64,000 bases of DNA, from positions 43,648,001 to 43,712,000 of the forward strand of contig NW_024704746.1 of the NCBI RefSeq assembly GCF_018977255.1, written 5' to 3'. The translations under genes and the position numbers were made by a program. Below, piece by piece: positions 38,398-51,145 of the stretch (positions within the stretch are counted from its first letter, which is position 1; the number at the start of each line of letters is the position of its first letter). The stretch comes from Callorhinchus milii. Its lineage: Eukaryota. The notes under the pieces are model-generated. The model was not told where the DNA came from, searched no databases, and saw only the letters and a program-made list of their open reading frames with translations.

Positions 38398-39119
38398 ATT
38401 AATTATCATTCAGTCTTCAAATGCATCTTCCATATTTATAGAGCTTAAGGGCTTTACCTGTTTATTTTAGGCTTCCAGGATATCTGCCATATGGCCCAGG
38501 TGCTCTGCAAGCATTGTGGAATTCCTTCATAACAGATGATTTACTGACCTCTGCATATGTTATTATTTCTTGAGCCAAAATAACTAATTCCAGATTTTTT
38601 GCATCGTCTCTGTTTAAAGACTGATCTGAAAAATGAATGTAAAGTTCTTACAATGTCCTGATGTTTCTATCCTATCTTTTAAAGGTTCCAGCTGGTGTTT
38701 CAACCACTGCCCACTGCAGTATTTGCAAAGCTAAATAAAAAGTGTGATCCTCTATTATAACCCTTTACAATCTGTCACGTCATTGAGACGTTTTATAATG
38801 CATTCCAGAATATATTGTAAAGTGGATTGACTGTATGTTCTGTGGGCGCGTCACTCTTTAAGGGTACTTAGTCATTAAAAAGTTACTTAAATGCACTTTT
38901 TTAAAAGTTATTTAGTCATCATACAAAATACAAATTGGCTCCAGTACTAACCAAAACATTCTTCCATTAGGAGTTATTCTGTCACTGTTGTGCCACACTA
39001 TGCAAGCCACTTTCCTCTCTCTCACTGCTATTCTCTCTCTCTATGACTCTAACATACTAACTTGCTTACTTTCTTTTTCTGCTGAAAATATACAGCATTG
39101 TTCTTTTATTAGTTTAGCA

Positions 39120-39350
39120 GGAAGTAGGAACCCAATTGTTAGTTGTTTGATGGATCGCTTTTCCAGAGGTAATAATAAAGTAATGATTAAAATAACGATA
39201 ATAATTTGGTCACTGAATCCACAACTGTACGAAATTGGCTGCCATGTTTCACCCACAAAATACATAATCCACTTTTCGGTATATTCTGTGAAGCATTTGA
39301 GCCGTCTCAACGACTTGATAAGGCACTATACCAAATGCAAGGATTATTAG
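39120..39350 (+). mobile_element. Family A SINE (long variant) fragment
   Basis: gtaggaaccc..cgcttttcc..aaatgcaaggattatt. Confidence 0.7.
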
Positions 39351-42300
39351 TATTTTGTTCTCTCTTTTTCTCTCTCTCTGTCTTTCTTTGCTTTCTTTCT
39401 TGTTTTCTCTAATTTCTATCTTGCACCGTTCTTTCTCTTTCCCCATTTCTATGTGTCTGACCTACTGTATCTCTTTCTCTGACTCTCTTTCCATCTCTTA
39501 CCATACACTATAGATTGCTGAATAAACACTTTCACCCTGCCTTTTCATGATCTGATTAACCTTGTGCACATGAACGCAACTTGATATTTCTGCTCTGGTA
39601 TCTGGCTCAGTTTTGGTTAAGTGGACGTGCGGTCAACTTGCTTTCTTGCTTACGTGCTTGCTTTCTTGCACATTTGAAAACACTCCGTTTCACTTTATAT
39701 TCAGTGTTGGCCTCTGCAGACAGCCATGCTGTTGACGCTTGAAAAGAGGAATATTAAAGTGACTAGAGAGCAAAGGAGGATGTGGAATGAGATTAAGGGG
39801 AGAGAAAAAAAATAGCACAGTCTTGATAGTTTTCATAGTTCCAAGGTTTCAGCTTCTGAAGTGTTTCACTGATGCTCTTAACTTTATTAATTTTGCCCTG
39901 TATTGCTTGGTATCTACACTCTCTATGGCTGTTAGGTCATCCCTTTTTAAGTAATGGCACATCTCCATCCAGTTTGTTTCTCTGTTACTCCAATGATGAA
40001 ATGGTTCATTTAATTTATTGAGGCTACAGTGTGATCCTTTGCTGTGATCCATCGATTGCAGTCTGGAAATGTCACAGACTCCAAAGTGAACAGAGAAGGG
40101 CTTAATCCCTTTGAAAACTCTGAATGTTACATTTACACTTGTAGGTGATTGACTGTGATAGCAGCAACAATTTGCTGTCAGAGATGCACAATGCAGTATA
40201 AATGATGAATGAATCACACTGGAGCCAGGCTCCCAATAAACCCCTGCATGACTTATACCATTGATAAATTAGCTATGTTTCTCATGGAATTCCTCACAAA
40301 GAATTCAAGTCAACCAAATCGGGAAACATGGTTGTTTCCAGTGTTCTTTTGGATCAGTGGGAATTCTAATGGGATCCCTGCCAAGGATTCCAGTTTGAAA
40401 TTGCTGCATTTTAGACCACGACATCAGCATGTATCATTAAAGTAAAAATGATTTAGTGCCTGGTTTTAAATTCACTTCATGCATGCTGATAATACTGCTT
40501 CAGTCAGGATCAGCCCCGTGAAAGCTCAAACCCATTCTTAAAATTGATTCCAGTGCTTTAAATTTAGCAGAATATGGCCGGCCTGGTGGAATATTTAGAC
40601 TTCGGTGTGCATTTCATGTGAGAGTGGTTCTGTCCTACAGCCCAATTTCTATGATTTATATTTATTGTAATTCCCACTGAAGTGGCCTGAAAGCTGCTTG
40701 TCCAGCTGCCACAGAAATTAAAGGGCTGGTTGTGAAGACCAAGGCAACTTGGGAGAAGCGGGAGGGGGAGATCACACACTGCACTTTGAAAGGAGCTACA
40801 TCAAATGCAAGGATTATTGATTTATTTGTTTATTTATTTATTAGATATACCATGTTTGTCTTATTTTTAGACTAAATAAGGATAAGCAGGGTTTTATTTT
40901 CACGCAGGTTAAAAGCAATGAAAGATGAGGCCACAGCTGTGCTTACTGAGGTGTGAGAAGGTGGCATTGCATTCCGTTCCATGAACAAGGGGTAATAGTC
41001 GCACTAATTATCAGCTTCTACACTAAACAATTTGGGGTTTGACTTAAGCTTTTTGGGTTGTTGTCCCCTTCCTCCAATATTAGAGCCAGACAAACAGCTC
41101 CCAGCAGATATTCTGACAGAATTTAACCAGGAGTTGTCAATCTCTGGTGCCAGCTTTACCATATATTCTAATCTCGAAGTCCATTCCAGCGTTTGTGCAG
41201 TGTTTGGGTTTCTGACCTCTCTGGAGCTTTGGGGTATGGCCACAATCATGGGTTCCAGTTTGTGAACTTTGATTTTTGGCCCCCCATATAAATTTGCTGC
41301 AATCTACATTTCTTCTTAGTCTTAAGGAAATCTCAGTGAGCTGAAGTTCACTCTTTTACTCTCTTGAGCCTGACCTTTTGTGTCTGCTTTTTATATGTTT
41401 TATTTTTTTTAATAAAAACCCTTTAATCTTGCTCAAATCACCATTTCATGGTTTAACGGCAGGCAACATTGCTTTGTTATCAAACAAAATTACTAGGTTT
41501 GAAAAATAATCATAAACTGATCAAAAGATCTACTTCAAAGGATTGGGAAAGGCAGGTCTGATGGGAGTTTTGTTCCTCTCTCTGGCATAGAACACATCTG
41601 CTGATTGATGGTCATTTTCAGGAACAGTCTCAAAACCTAAACTTGCTGCTCAGATACTGAAGATGTCATTTTCTCCCCATTACCCTTCCATCTAAAGAAA
41701 AACTTTCTGTCCTTTTCCATCCCATCTTTTTTTGTTTCCTTCCCCCTTAACCGTGAACAGTGCCATTGACATGGATGCAGTCTGAAATCCAAACCGATTG
41801 CTTCTCCTTTGTGCAGAGCCTGTATTTAACCCTGAGTTGTCACTGACAAGCTCAGATGGGTTTGCTGTAGCCCCTGCAGAAGCAGCAAAGAAAACACTGG
41901 CTACTCCACGAGAGTTGCACTGACTGAAGTGTTGCCTTGTCTCTCAGGAGCTGCGAAATCCTGGAGTTAGTTCCACATCTCTCAGTTGAATAGCAGCAGG
42001 TGGTCATTTCTGAAAAGTAGAAGTGAAAAAACAAGGTTAACCTATTCCCCTAAAAAATGACAAGAACTCTTTAAACCACTTGCAAAGCATTAAAGCCTCT
42101 CAGCTGACTTCATTTTTGCACCTATCGTGAAATTGCTTCAATCACAATACCAACAAGAAGCAATATATACTTATTGCAAAAGCTCCTACATAAGCTTTGG
42201 CCCCAGGGTGCTGGTAATCTGACAACTAGTCAGAGGTTAAATATTAGCTTTGGACCAATTCAATTACAGGGCACAATACTAGATTGATGTTAGCATGAAG

Positions 42301-44377
42301 CTCGCTGCTAGACAGGTATTGTTGTCATGGCTGTATGCATCCTTTGTGCACCAGAATGGTAGAAATTATTTAGTCCCAATTAATATTGGTTTGAGTTTGG
42401 TAATGAAAATACACTTACTGTGGAACAGCAAATGGAGTAATTGATTGCTGGTATATAATGTACACAGGTGTCACTTGATTGAAAAGTCAGAGAAATCCAG
42501 ACAGTTGGCTTACGACTGACGGTCAGTGCAGTTTCACATGCAGTTAACCTTGTAATGGTCAATAGTCCAACCCTTGGATCCTGAAATCAACATTGAGGTA
42601 TTCTTTGAAATCATCAAAGAAAAAACACTTCATAAAGTGGAAAGCAGGTGTGAGAAACTGTTTGCAAACTTGTTTGTGAGCAGCTCAGCATGAAATGCAA
42701 ATGAGCATTGCCAGTTTACTCCTGCCTGCAACCCCAGACACTCATTCTGACCCAATCAGCAGTAACTACTTCCATCAGTTGAAAGCGTGGAGCTTCACCA
42801 ACAGCTGCTTACCTCTCTGCATACCGATCAAGGCGTATTTACCTTGACCTTAAAAAGATTGTATTTCTTTCCTTTAGAATGGTCTTATAGGGGAAAGCTG
42901 ACTTGTTTGGGCCTGACGATAAGAACCTAGTTACTCATCAGATTCACTGCTTCCCAAACAAATCAGTTCTACACATTAAATTATCAATAACTTTCCAAGT
43001 GACAGAAATGTCTGCACCCATTAATTGAAGAAACACAAGTCGAGCAAAATCCATTTTGTAAGCTTTCTCTGGCATTAAAAAAATACAGTTTTACTGCTCG
43101 TGTTTCTTTCCCTATTCAGAAGCACTCCCCTTTCCATTAAAAAGTTGCAGCACTCTTGCACTTAGTGAAGCTTTTCACGTGTGCAGCATGTATCGATTTT
43201 CACTGAGCTTATGGACGCAGGATTAACTGAAGTGCAAGACGTCCATGGTCTTATCAAAGCTTTTAATTCCTGAGAACTTTGAAATATTTATGGGAGAATG
43301 CGAACACTGCACATGAGAGTTTGTCTTTGAGAATGTGAATCAATAATTTACAATTTAAATTCTGATTCATGTTTTTTTCTGTCTGGTTTATTCATCAAAG
43401 TAATGTGGGACTGAGCGTTTCCAGTTTTGTTAAGTGGTTGAACTCATTAAAATTTTACTTGATCTAATTTGTGTCTAAAACAGCAGACAGCTCTTTGTTG
43501 TGTATATGTACCAGCTGGGTGCAATTTAATGTTGGATTGAGGTTATTAGTTCCAAAATAAAATCTGTTGCTTTTTGTGCAAAAAGAGGCATGGAAAAAAT
43601 GTATCATTTTCTTTTCGTGAAGAATCTTGATTCAACCTGATACTGCTGGCAATTGAAATGTGATGTCCTGTGGATTGTGCCAGAGGTAAATGTTATTGTT
43701 GATCCTGCAGCCACATTCTCTCCTTCCACTACCTTCTGCTGATGGTTCTGGCGACACTGCAGAGAAAAACAAAGAGATCACTGCAGCAGCATGATGCCGT
43801 ATGTTCGGCTAGTTAGCTGCTCGCAGTGAATGGGCCCCAAGATCAATTTGAGAGTGGAGATGGAGAGGAGCAATGTTTCTGGGTACAACTGTCTAACTTT
43901 GTCATCTTGACTGAATGCATTTCACTGCAACCTGCAATTAATTTGATCCTTGCTCATACAATCTGTATCATTGGCTGACAAGAGCTGTCCAGCATCACTG
44001 TGCTGAGTGTTGTACATTCCCTCACTGCCTCACAGACTGCCGTTGCTACAGAAAATACAAAGTGCAGCAGAGGCATGTAAATGGTTGAGATGTCTCGACG
44101 ACACGGATAAGACACTTTTTCAATGCAAGGATTCAATTGGGATTGCTTTGGGGCTGAGCCGGGTGGGCGGGGAGGGAGGAAGTGGGGAAGAACTAAATGG
44201 TGAAAATATTTAAAATAAACCATGCCTTTCAATGGTTTTTGAAAGGGGAGAAATTGTCAATGGGAACAGCACTTTTTCACTGTCTTCTGTCCACCCATAG
44301 CACTATTTATTTAATGGCTGTCAGATTACCCAGATTTTGTTGTCACTGATGTCAAACTAAATCATTTCAACTACAAA

Positions 44378-44760
44378 ATAACAACAACAGCAGCTTGGAT
44401 TTATATAGCGTCCTCCACGCCGGACGGGTCTCAGAGCGCTTCATAGTAATGGATCCCGGAGCCAAGCCAGGGAGAGGGGAGGAAGGTGACCAAAGGCGCA
44501 GTCGAAAAGAAAGGTCTTCAGCAGAGACCTGAAAATAGGAAGAGAGGGAGTGAGGCAAAGGGAGTGAGGAAGTGAGTTCCAGAGCCTCGGGGGGTAGTGG
44601 CTGAGGGCATGGCCGCCGAGGGTGGAGCGGAGGACTTGGGGGACAAGGAGGAGGCCAGACCCGGAGGAACAAAGGCAACGGGCCCTGTTTTGAGGAGAGA
44701 GGAGGTCAGAGAGGTAGGGGGGTGCAGAGGAGTGGAGGGATTTGAAGACAAAGGTGAGGA
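44378..44760 (-). mobile_element. L2 3' end (different subfamily)
   Basis: acaacaacagcagcttggatttatatagcg tail; gagttccagag (LWN motif on the - strand). Confidence 0.8.
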
Positions 44761-46180
44761 AAATACACCTTTTTTACACATTTTATGGTAAATCCTGTGA
44801 AACACTGTAAGATGTCCTCCCGACACGAGATGGACTATATAAATTATTATTACTGAATAACAAAAAAAAAGGCTTGAGCTCACTTGTTGGCCCATTTATT
44901 TTTCTATGTATGGAGGAAGGAGGGAAGATTGAGAGGTTGATATTTTCAGTAATTAAAGCACACATTATTCAAGAATTTGCAAGAAATTTCTTGATGGGGA
45001 TTAAAAGAAAATGCTTGATGATTTATTACGAAAGAAGATTATTACAGACTAAGCCTTCACCTTTCTTATGACAGTTAATTCTAATTAGATAGTTAGAAAC
45101 CATTGACTTAGTTTTTAAACAGCTTAATAGTTTTATGATTGACATTAAAAAAAAATGGTCTTGTCTTGGAGTGGAGCTGAGCCAGGCAGAGCTAGAAGGT
45201 CCCAGTTCCGAACTCCAGGCTGTGCTGAGTCACTGGATCATAAAAGATCTGCTGGTCATTGTGCTCCTATTGGCATCGGTGCTTGTGGGATCAGGGAAAT
45301 GCACAGCAGTGCCTACTGCAAAATGCACGTGTGCCATTGCTGATGCTTCTTCCAGCTACTTGACAACGACCACAACTTGCATTTATCTCACACCCTTCAC
45401 GCAGGGTAGGGCGAGGGAGTGCTGAAACTTCATGGGAGGGATAACAGCAGCATCCCCTCCTCCCCCCCTCCCCACAGCAGGTTGAATATTTTAAGAGGTA
45501 AGATTGGAATTAAATTTAAAATTCCACCCTGATAAAACTAATATTGAAGAACCGAGAATGAGACTGCGTAATTTCCTTATAGAGGCCATGCACATTCTTT
45601 GATCCCTGACATTATTTATGTATTCATTTTTGCTGCAGTAAGTAGATTTCTCATTTCAAATCCATAATTTCTGAAGTATAACGTAATTTATTCCTAAGAT
45701 CCTAAAGAGGTTTTAAGGTTTTCGATTGAATGAATGCACCTGACGAGAGGGTTATCAAGTTTCAGGACAGTAAGACATAAATCAGACAGAGGAGGGGGGA
45801 AGTGGTGAATAGTACTGATTGCACAATATCTGATATTTATGAGCCAGAGAAAAAATCACCTCATATAATGGCACAGTTTGCTAGACCCTCTGAAAATCAC
45901 CAAAGCAATGTAATAACTCTCACCTCGCGCTCGTTGCCATGATATTTTCAGAAATCGTTTGTTTTTCTTGGTGAAAATTGGTATAAAAATATTAAATATA
46001 CTTTTGTGCCTTTTGACTCATTGCCACCAGAGGTGTCATTACTGGGCAATGTGAAAAATGTTGTCCCTCAAGACACCTAGTAATGACGACAAGCAACTAG
46101 TTCAAGACTGTGGGGGTGATGACAGTCGTCATCAATGCCAGGGAAGGCTTCTTCCCCACCACCAAACTTGTTCGCCTTCT

Positions 46181-46494
46181 TAATAATAATAATCCTTGCG
46201 TTTGATATAGCGCTTTTCACGTCTTCTAGACATCTCAAAGCGCTTCACAGAATATACTATAAAGTGAATTGACTGTATTTTTGTGGGCGAAACACGGCAG
46301 CCAATTGCGCACAGCAATGTCTTACAAACAGTCGTGGATTGAAAATGACTAATTTATTATTGTTTTGTTTTGGAGGGATTATTATTAGGTGTGTGGAGTT
46401 AGGAAACTTGCCCAAGGTTTCGCCCTGCCTGGAATTGAACCCAGGTGTCTCGCTTGCAAGGGAGTGCTCTATCCACTGAGCTACAGGACTCCAC
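46181..46494 (-). mobile_element. Full-length family A SINE (short variant) with TTCTT target-site duplication
   Basis: (TAA)n tail through ctacaggactccac; TTCTT at 46177 and 46495. Confidence 0.92.
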
Positions 46495-47257
46495 TTCTTG
46501 TTTTGTAAGGGCTAACAGACTGAGGCCTGTTGGAGGCTGAGCCCAATTGTGCAGCGCGCATCAAATGTGGAGACAGATGTGCCTCAGAACACCCTCCTGA
46601 AGAGGAGGTTTCTCCACAGATGACCTACTTTGCATGTTAAAATATACAATGCTGTCTGCAGAAGTTAATCCCTATGTGTGTTTCTATGTTACCAGCAGAT
46701 AAATAATCATTAATTATCCTTACATTTGGTATATCATCTTTCACGTCAGGTGGACATCCATGGAGCTTCACAGATTACACTGTAAAGTGAAGATACTGTG
46801 CGTTTTGTGGATTGAGTGTTACCAGAAGATTGTTCGTTACCATCAAATTGCACAAATGCGCTAAACAGTTCGATGGAAAATATAGCAGTGGATTGAAGCT
46901 GTTTCACGTTTATGAAGCCCAGTCTTGTGATGCAGCCAATCAGTGTTTCTCATTTAAACATTGATTGATTCAGATTACAATCCGCAGAAAACCACAGGAG
47001 AGGGCAACCAGCATCCATTAACCTGCTGCTCTCCCACCAGCAATCTACAGTCTGTAAATCTTCGTCTGTGACACAGTTCTAAAGATGTAATCTTGGAAAC
47101 TGCTGCAGTCCCATTGAAATACAATATCTCTGGATTATTTTTNCACTGTTTATCACAATAAGGGATTTCACATTGGCACTTATGACACTTCCAGTTCAGA
47201 ATATAGTTCACTTTTTGAGTTAACTGATAATGCTGCTCAGTTGCAATAAAAGTGAAT

Positions 47258-47385
47258 TAATAATAATAATAATCCTTGCATTTGATATAGCACCTTATCA
47301 TGATGTTGAGGCGTCTCAAAACGCTTCACAGAATATACTGAAAAGTGTACTGTAATATACTGTACTATGTATTTTGCGGGTGTAA
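47258..47385 (-). mobile_element. Family A SINE 3' fragment
   Basis: taataataatccttgcatttgatatagcacc. Confidence 0.8.
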
Positions 47386-48764
47386 TTGATTTTATTAACT
47401 TGATTATTTTCAAGTGATGTTTTAAAAGCAGCGTAATGTTAAGTTTTGTTTTGACATCTTAGTTACATTGGGAAGAAAGCATGTGAGTCTCCTCTTAGTG
47501 ATGCCAATCAAAGGCCGCACATGTGAAAACTTTGTCTAGAACAACAAATGTTTTATGAATTTGACTACCAATTTGTCATTTTAACTCTGGGAGGGAATGG
47601 AAATGTCAATGGGTTTAGCCACAGCTGCTTTTTACAAAGCTAGAATAAGCAGTAGCCAGCGATGAATCAGGCAAGAAGAGTTTTTGCCAGCGATTTGACC
47701 ATTCAATGCTTCCTGAGTACTATTGCTCCAGGTGAACCTTCAATGTGGACAATGCAGGGTCACTTTGTTACAAAGATGGTGGTTGGGGCCATACACCCAC
47801 AACCTGTCTTGTAAGGAGGTGCACTAAATCATGGCCACAGGTCAGTGCTTCCAGGGTCATCAGGTCGCTGTTGATTTACTTTGGCCAGTTAGTGCTGGAA
47901 GTGAAACGTAATTTCCATCAAGTATGGAATCATGGTATATCAGCGGTATAAACAGACTTACAACAATGAATTATAACAGATATTGTAGGGTTGTCCTGTA
48001 CAATTTGAGGATCCTGCAAAGCCTTGTTCTTTCTCATCACTTATTAAAATATTTCAATGACTTGAATTTTTTTTACATTAAAAAAAATCATAAAAGTTAT
48101 AATGTCTCACGTTGAAAATGTTTCCAAGTGATATTATCGGGCTTTTTTCAACAGCAGTTTGTCTGCTGCCTGGAAGGTGTATGCCAGAGCTGACCCCAAT
48201 AATCAGCGCTGCTGTTTAATTGCTTTTGAAGGGAAGTTATTGCTTGCAGTGATTCTGTTCGAAATGTCACCATCTCGCCTCCCCACCTTAGGCACTGTTT
48301 AATTAATGGCTGTCAGATAAACCAGATTTGGTTGGTCACTGATGTTGAACTAAATCACAAATCAGATGTGTTGCAATCATTGCTGTTGGTCCAGTTAGCT
48401 GTTTTTCAGATCCCAGAGAACTGACCATTTATTGGGATGCTGGAGAATAGTCTCAAAGTGGGACGCTGACCTCGGAGTATTGAAGAGCAGCACAGAGGGG
48501 TTGCATTAACATGGGGCAGTACAGGAGCAGGGCACCGGAGTGGCAATGAGAGGGCCGCAGACAAGTGTTATCCAAGTGGGGCACTGCAAAAAAATGTGTT
48601 GTGTCACATGGGTGTGTCATTCATTTAAAAGGGGAAGCTGCACAGCTTGTATAAAGAACAGTGAATATGTAGGAGTGATGAGGCTGTGGAAGAACAGTGT
48701 TTTACTGCCAACTTAGTGAGTTTCATCTCAAAACTTTGGATTTTTCCTGCAGCATCATTCTGGA

Positions 48765-49082
48765 ATGATATTAATAATATTTACATTTGATACAGCACCT
48801 TTCACATCTGGAGGAAAAAAGCGTAGTTTAATAATAATCCTTGCATTTGATATAACGCCGTATCACATATTTGAGACGTCTCATTACCACTGGAAAAGCG
48901 ATTCGCCAATTGATTATTTTCTGCTAGGTAAACAGAGACATGTGGACTAAGGAAACTTGCTGAACATTTTTTCTTAATAATAATAATGTCCAGGAATCAA
49001 ACTCAGGTTCTTGTCCAGGAATCAAACTCAGGTCCTCTCGCTTGTGAGGCAAGTGCTCTAACCACTAAGCTACAGGACTCTA
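48765..49082 (-). mobile_element. Rearranged family A SINE with an internal 25-bp duplication
   Basis: Two tails; tgtccaggaatcaaactcagg occurs twice; head ctacaggactc. Confidence 0.75.
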
Positions 49083-50577
49083 TTTGGAGGCGAACAAAGA
49101 GGTCAATTCACCCACAGCAATGTCCCAGACAAACACCGATGAAGGGAGTGACCAATTTTATTTGAGTGATTGTTGGTCAGGTCTTTGGCTTCTACCCCTT
49201 TTCAGTTCATCAAACTATTCTTAAAAAAACAGCAATGGATCTGAATTACATAAAATAATAATTGGATCAATGTTAGTGCTTGGAAGTGTAATTCAGAATG
49301 TGTGCACTTCAGCAGCATTTGGTGGCAAGTGTTGAACCAGTAAATTGGGTCAGTAAACAATGAGTCTCTGTAATATTTGCATGGAATAACATTCGCAGTG
49401 TTTAGAGGTTGAATTTTGAATTGCATAGATTTGACAATGTAGACAGTCGCAGAGAAATAAGTGCTTATCCCTCCAATTTCTCCTTAATGATTTGAAGTGA
49501 CTCTAGGCTTCAGGAAGGTATTACTAATCTGTCAAGGATCCAGACACTAGTCAGGAGCTGAGGTGCATTTATAGCAGGGCCATTAAGTAGCTTGAATTGA
49601 TTACTGCATTGAATGGAATGATTCAGTAAGATAGAACAAGTCATGTGGAAAATCAGGAGCTCCAATTGCTATTTGCTGCAGTCACTCACAGAGCTTTCTA
49701 TTTTAGATTGAGTCTGCTTTCATTATCTTAGCGCAGTTCTCGTTGGGTTGTTGGGCAGTGACACAGGTCTTGGAGAATATTTTTATTTGCTGCAAACCAG
49801 TAGCACATTTATTCAGTCCAGTTTGACAATTTTGCACTCAGTTGCCGCATAGTCTCTAGTGAATGCTGATATTTCTTTTCTTCTATTGCACCCTTTAGTA
49901 CAAAGAACTGAGCATAAGTCAGTCCCAAAACTCAAGGAGCACGGGTTTGCCTGCGTGCCAGCAGTTCACTTCCACTGTTTGTAGTGTGCTGATCCTGAGG
50001 ATTTTTACTTTTGTTTTGGTTCATCTGGGTGTCTGACACATGGGAAAACTCATTGCCATGGCATGCAAACCAGACTGAAAGTCTGACACAAATGCATGCC
50101 ACCTAACCATAACATTTCCCATTTGTCTGGAATGGACACCAAGAGATGCACTCTGTTTACCTAATTCCAGAAAGTATCAGGCAAAGATTGACAGGCTTGG
50201 GGACCCCAGTGTGTGCGTTCGGGAGTTTAATCAATTAATACCCCATAACTTTGCCAATCACACTCCCAACAGGTTTTCTGCTGGTTGTCAATCTTGGACC
50301 ACTCTATTTGTTAGTCATTTGGCTGGCAGGGATAAAAGTAGGTAGTGGGAAGAAACTTTTCCTGGCTCTCTCAGTCCTTCTGATAAGCCAGGTTGACTGG
50401 TCTGTCTTCAGAAGTGCTTTGCAGTACTGTGGACCTGCTTTGCTTAGGAATTGGATTACTGAGACCAACACAAAAATGAGCTGGACTCCAACATTCCGTT
50501 GCCAGGTACATCACCTCGAAGCCACCTCAGCCCTGAGGAAGATCCCACACACCTGCTGATGCAATCAACCCACCACC

Positions 50578-50900
50578 CTGTAAAATGTAGTGACTGTGTA
50601 TTTGTAGGTGAATGCAGCAGCCGATTTGTTCACAGTAATGTCCCACAAACAGCCATGAAGTGAGTGACCAATTTTATTGGGGAATTGTAGGCCAGGACAC
50701 AAGGCGAAATTCCCTTCTCTTTTTGAATAGCATTGTGGCATCTTTGATGTCCACTTAAACAGGCAGATGGGGTTTTGTTTATTACACTGTCCTTATCCAA
50801 AGCACAGCACCTCTGACAATGAAGTCCTCTCCCAGCATTGTTATGGCGTGTTGGCCTAGACTATGTGAGTTTAAAGTCTCCCCGTGGGGCTTGAACCATA
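50578..50900 (-). mobile_element. SacSINE1-like DeuSINE about 110 bp upstream of the contactin exon
   Basis: gcagcagccgattt..gccaggacac..cagcacctctgacaatg..ggggcttgaacc. Confidence 0.8.
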
Positions 50901-51007
50901 TTTTGAGCTGAACAAATGTTTGCCATCTGATTGATTGACAGAAATATGCAGTAATTATCTATCCCAGAGAAACCTGTTTTAACATGGTTCTTTGCTTTAT
51001 TTTATAG

Positions 51008-51090
51008 GAAGCCTGATGATTTGATATCCAAGACCTCAAGAGCACAGCGATTTCCAAGTTGATGCCATCCGCTTTCAACCACAGCTGAGA
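51008..51090 (+). other. 5' UTR part of the contactin ATG exon (contains two uORFs)
   Basis: Lies between the acceptor and the main ATG; uATGs at 51016 and 51062. Confidence 0.75.
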
Positions 51091-51145
51091 ATGTGGTTCC
51101 TGTTCAGTCATTTTTTTGCGTTGTCATTCATTTGCTGCCTGGCAG
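51091..51145 (+). CDS. First coding exon (signal peptide) of a contactin-family gene (CNTN1/CNTN3/CNTN4/CNTN6 type); the full exon is 51008-51145
   Basis: Polypyrimidine acceptor ttctttgctttattttatAG|51008 and consensus donor GCAG|GTAAGT at 51146. The ATG at 51091 has A at -3 and encodes MWFLFSHFFALSFICCLA plus 1 nt (55 nt, phase 1). From memory this resembles the CNTN1 (MWLLVSHLVIISITTCLA), CNTN3 (..LSFIGCLG) and CNTN4 (..SFILCLA) signal peptides and exon phase. The paralog cannot be resolved; no Ig1 exon was found before the window end. Confidence 0.8.

Noticed and set aside
20548-42848. Minus-strand micro-exon candidates (20548-20595, 48 nt; 42813-42848, 36 nt)
   Set aside because: They have GT-AG ends and an open frame, but no recognisable protein even when concatenated; such hits are expected by chance in 64 kb.
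46022-46038. CTCF-like CCACCAGAGGTGTC
   Set aside because: The 3' core deviates at several key positions.
47143-47143. Single N base
   Set aside because: Assembly ambiguity, not biological.
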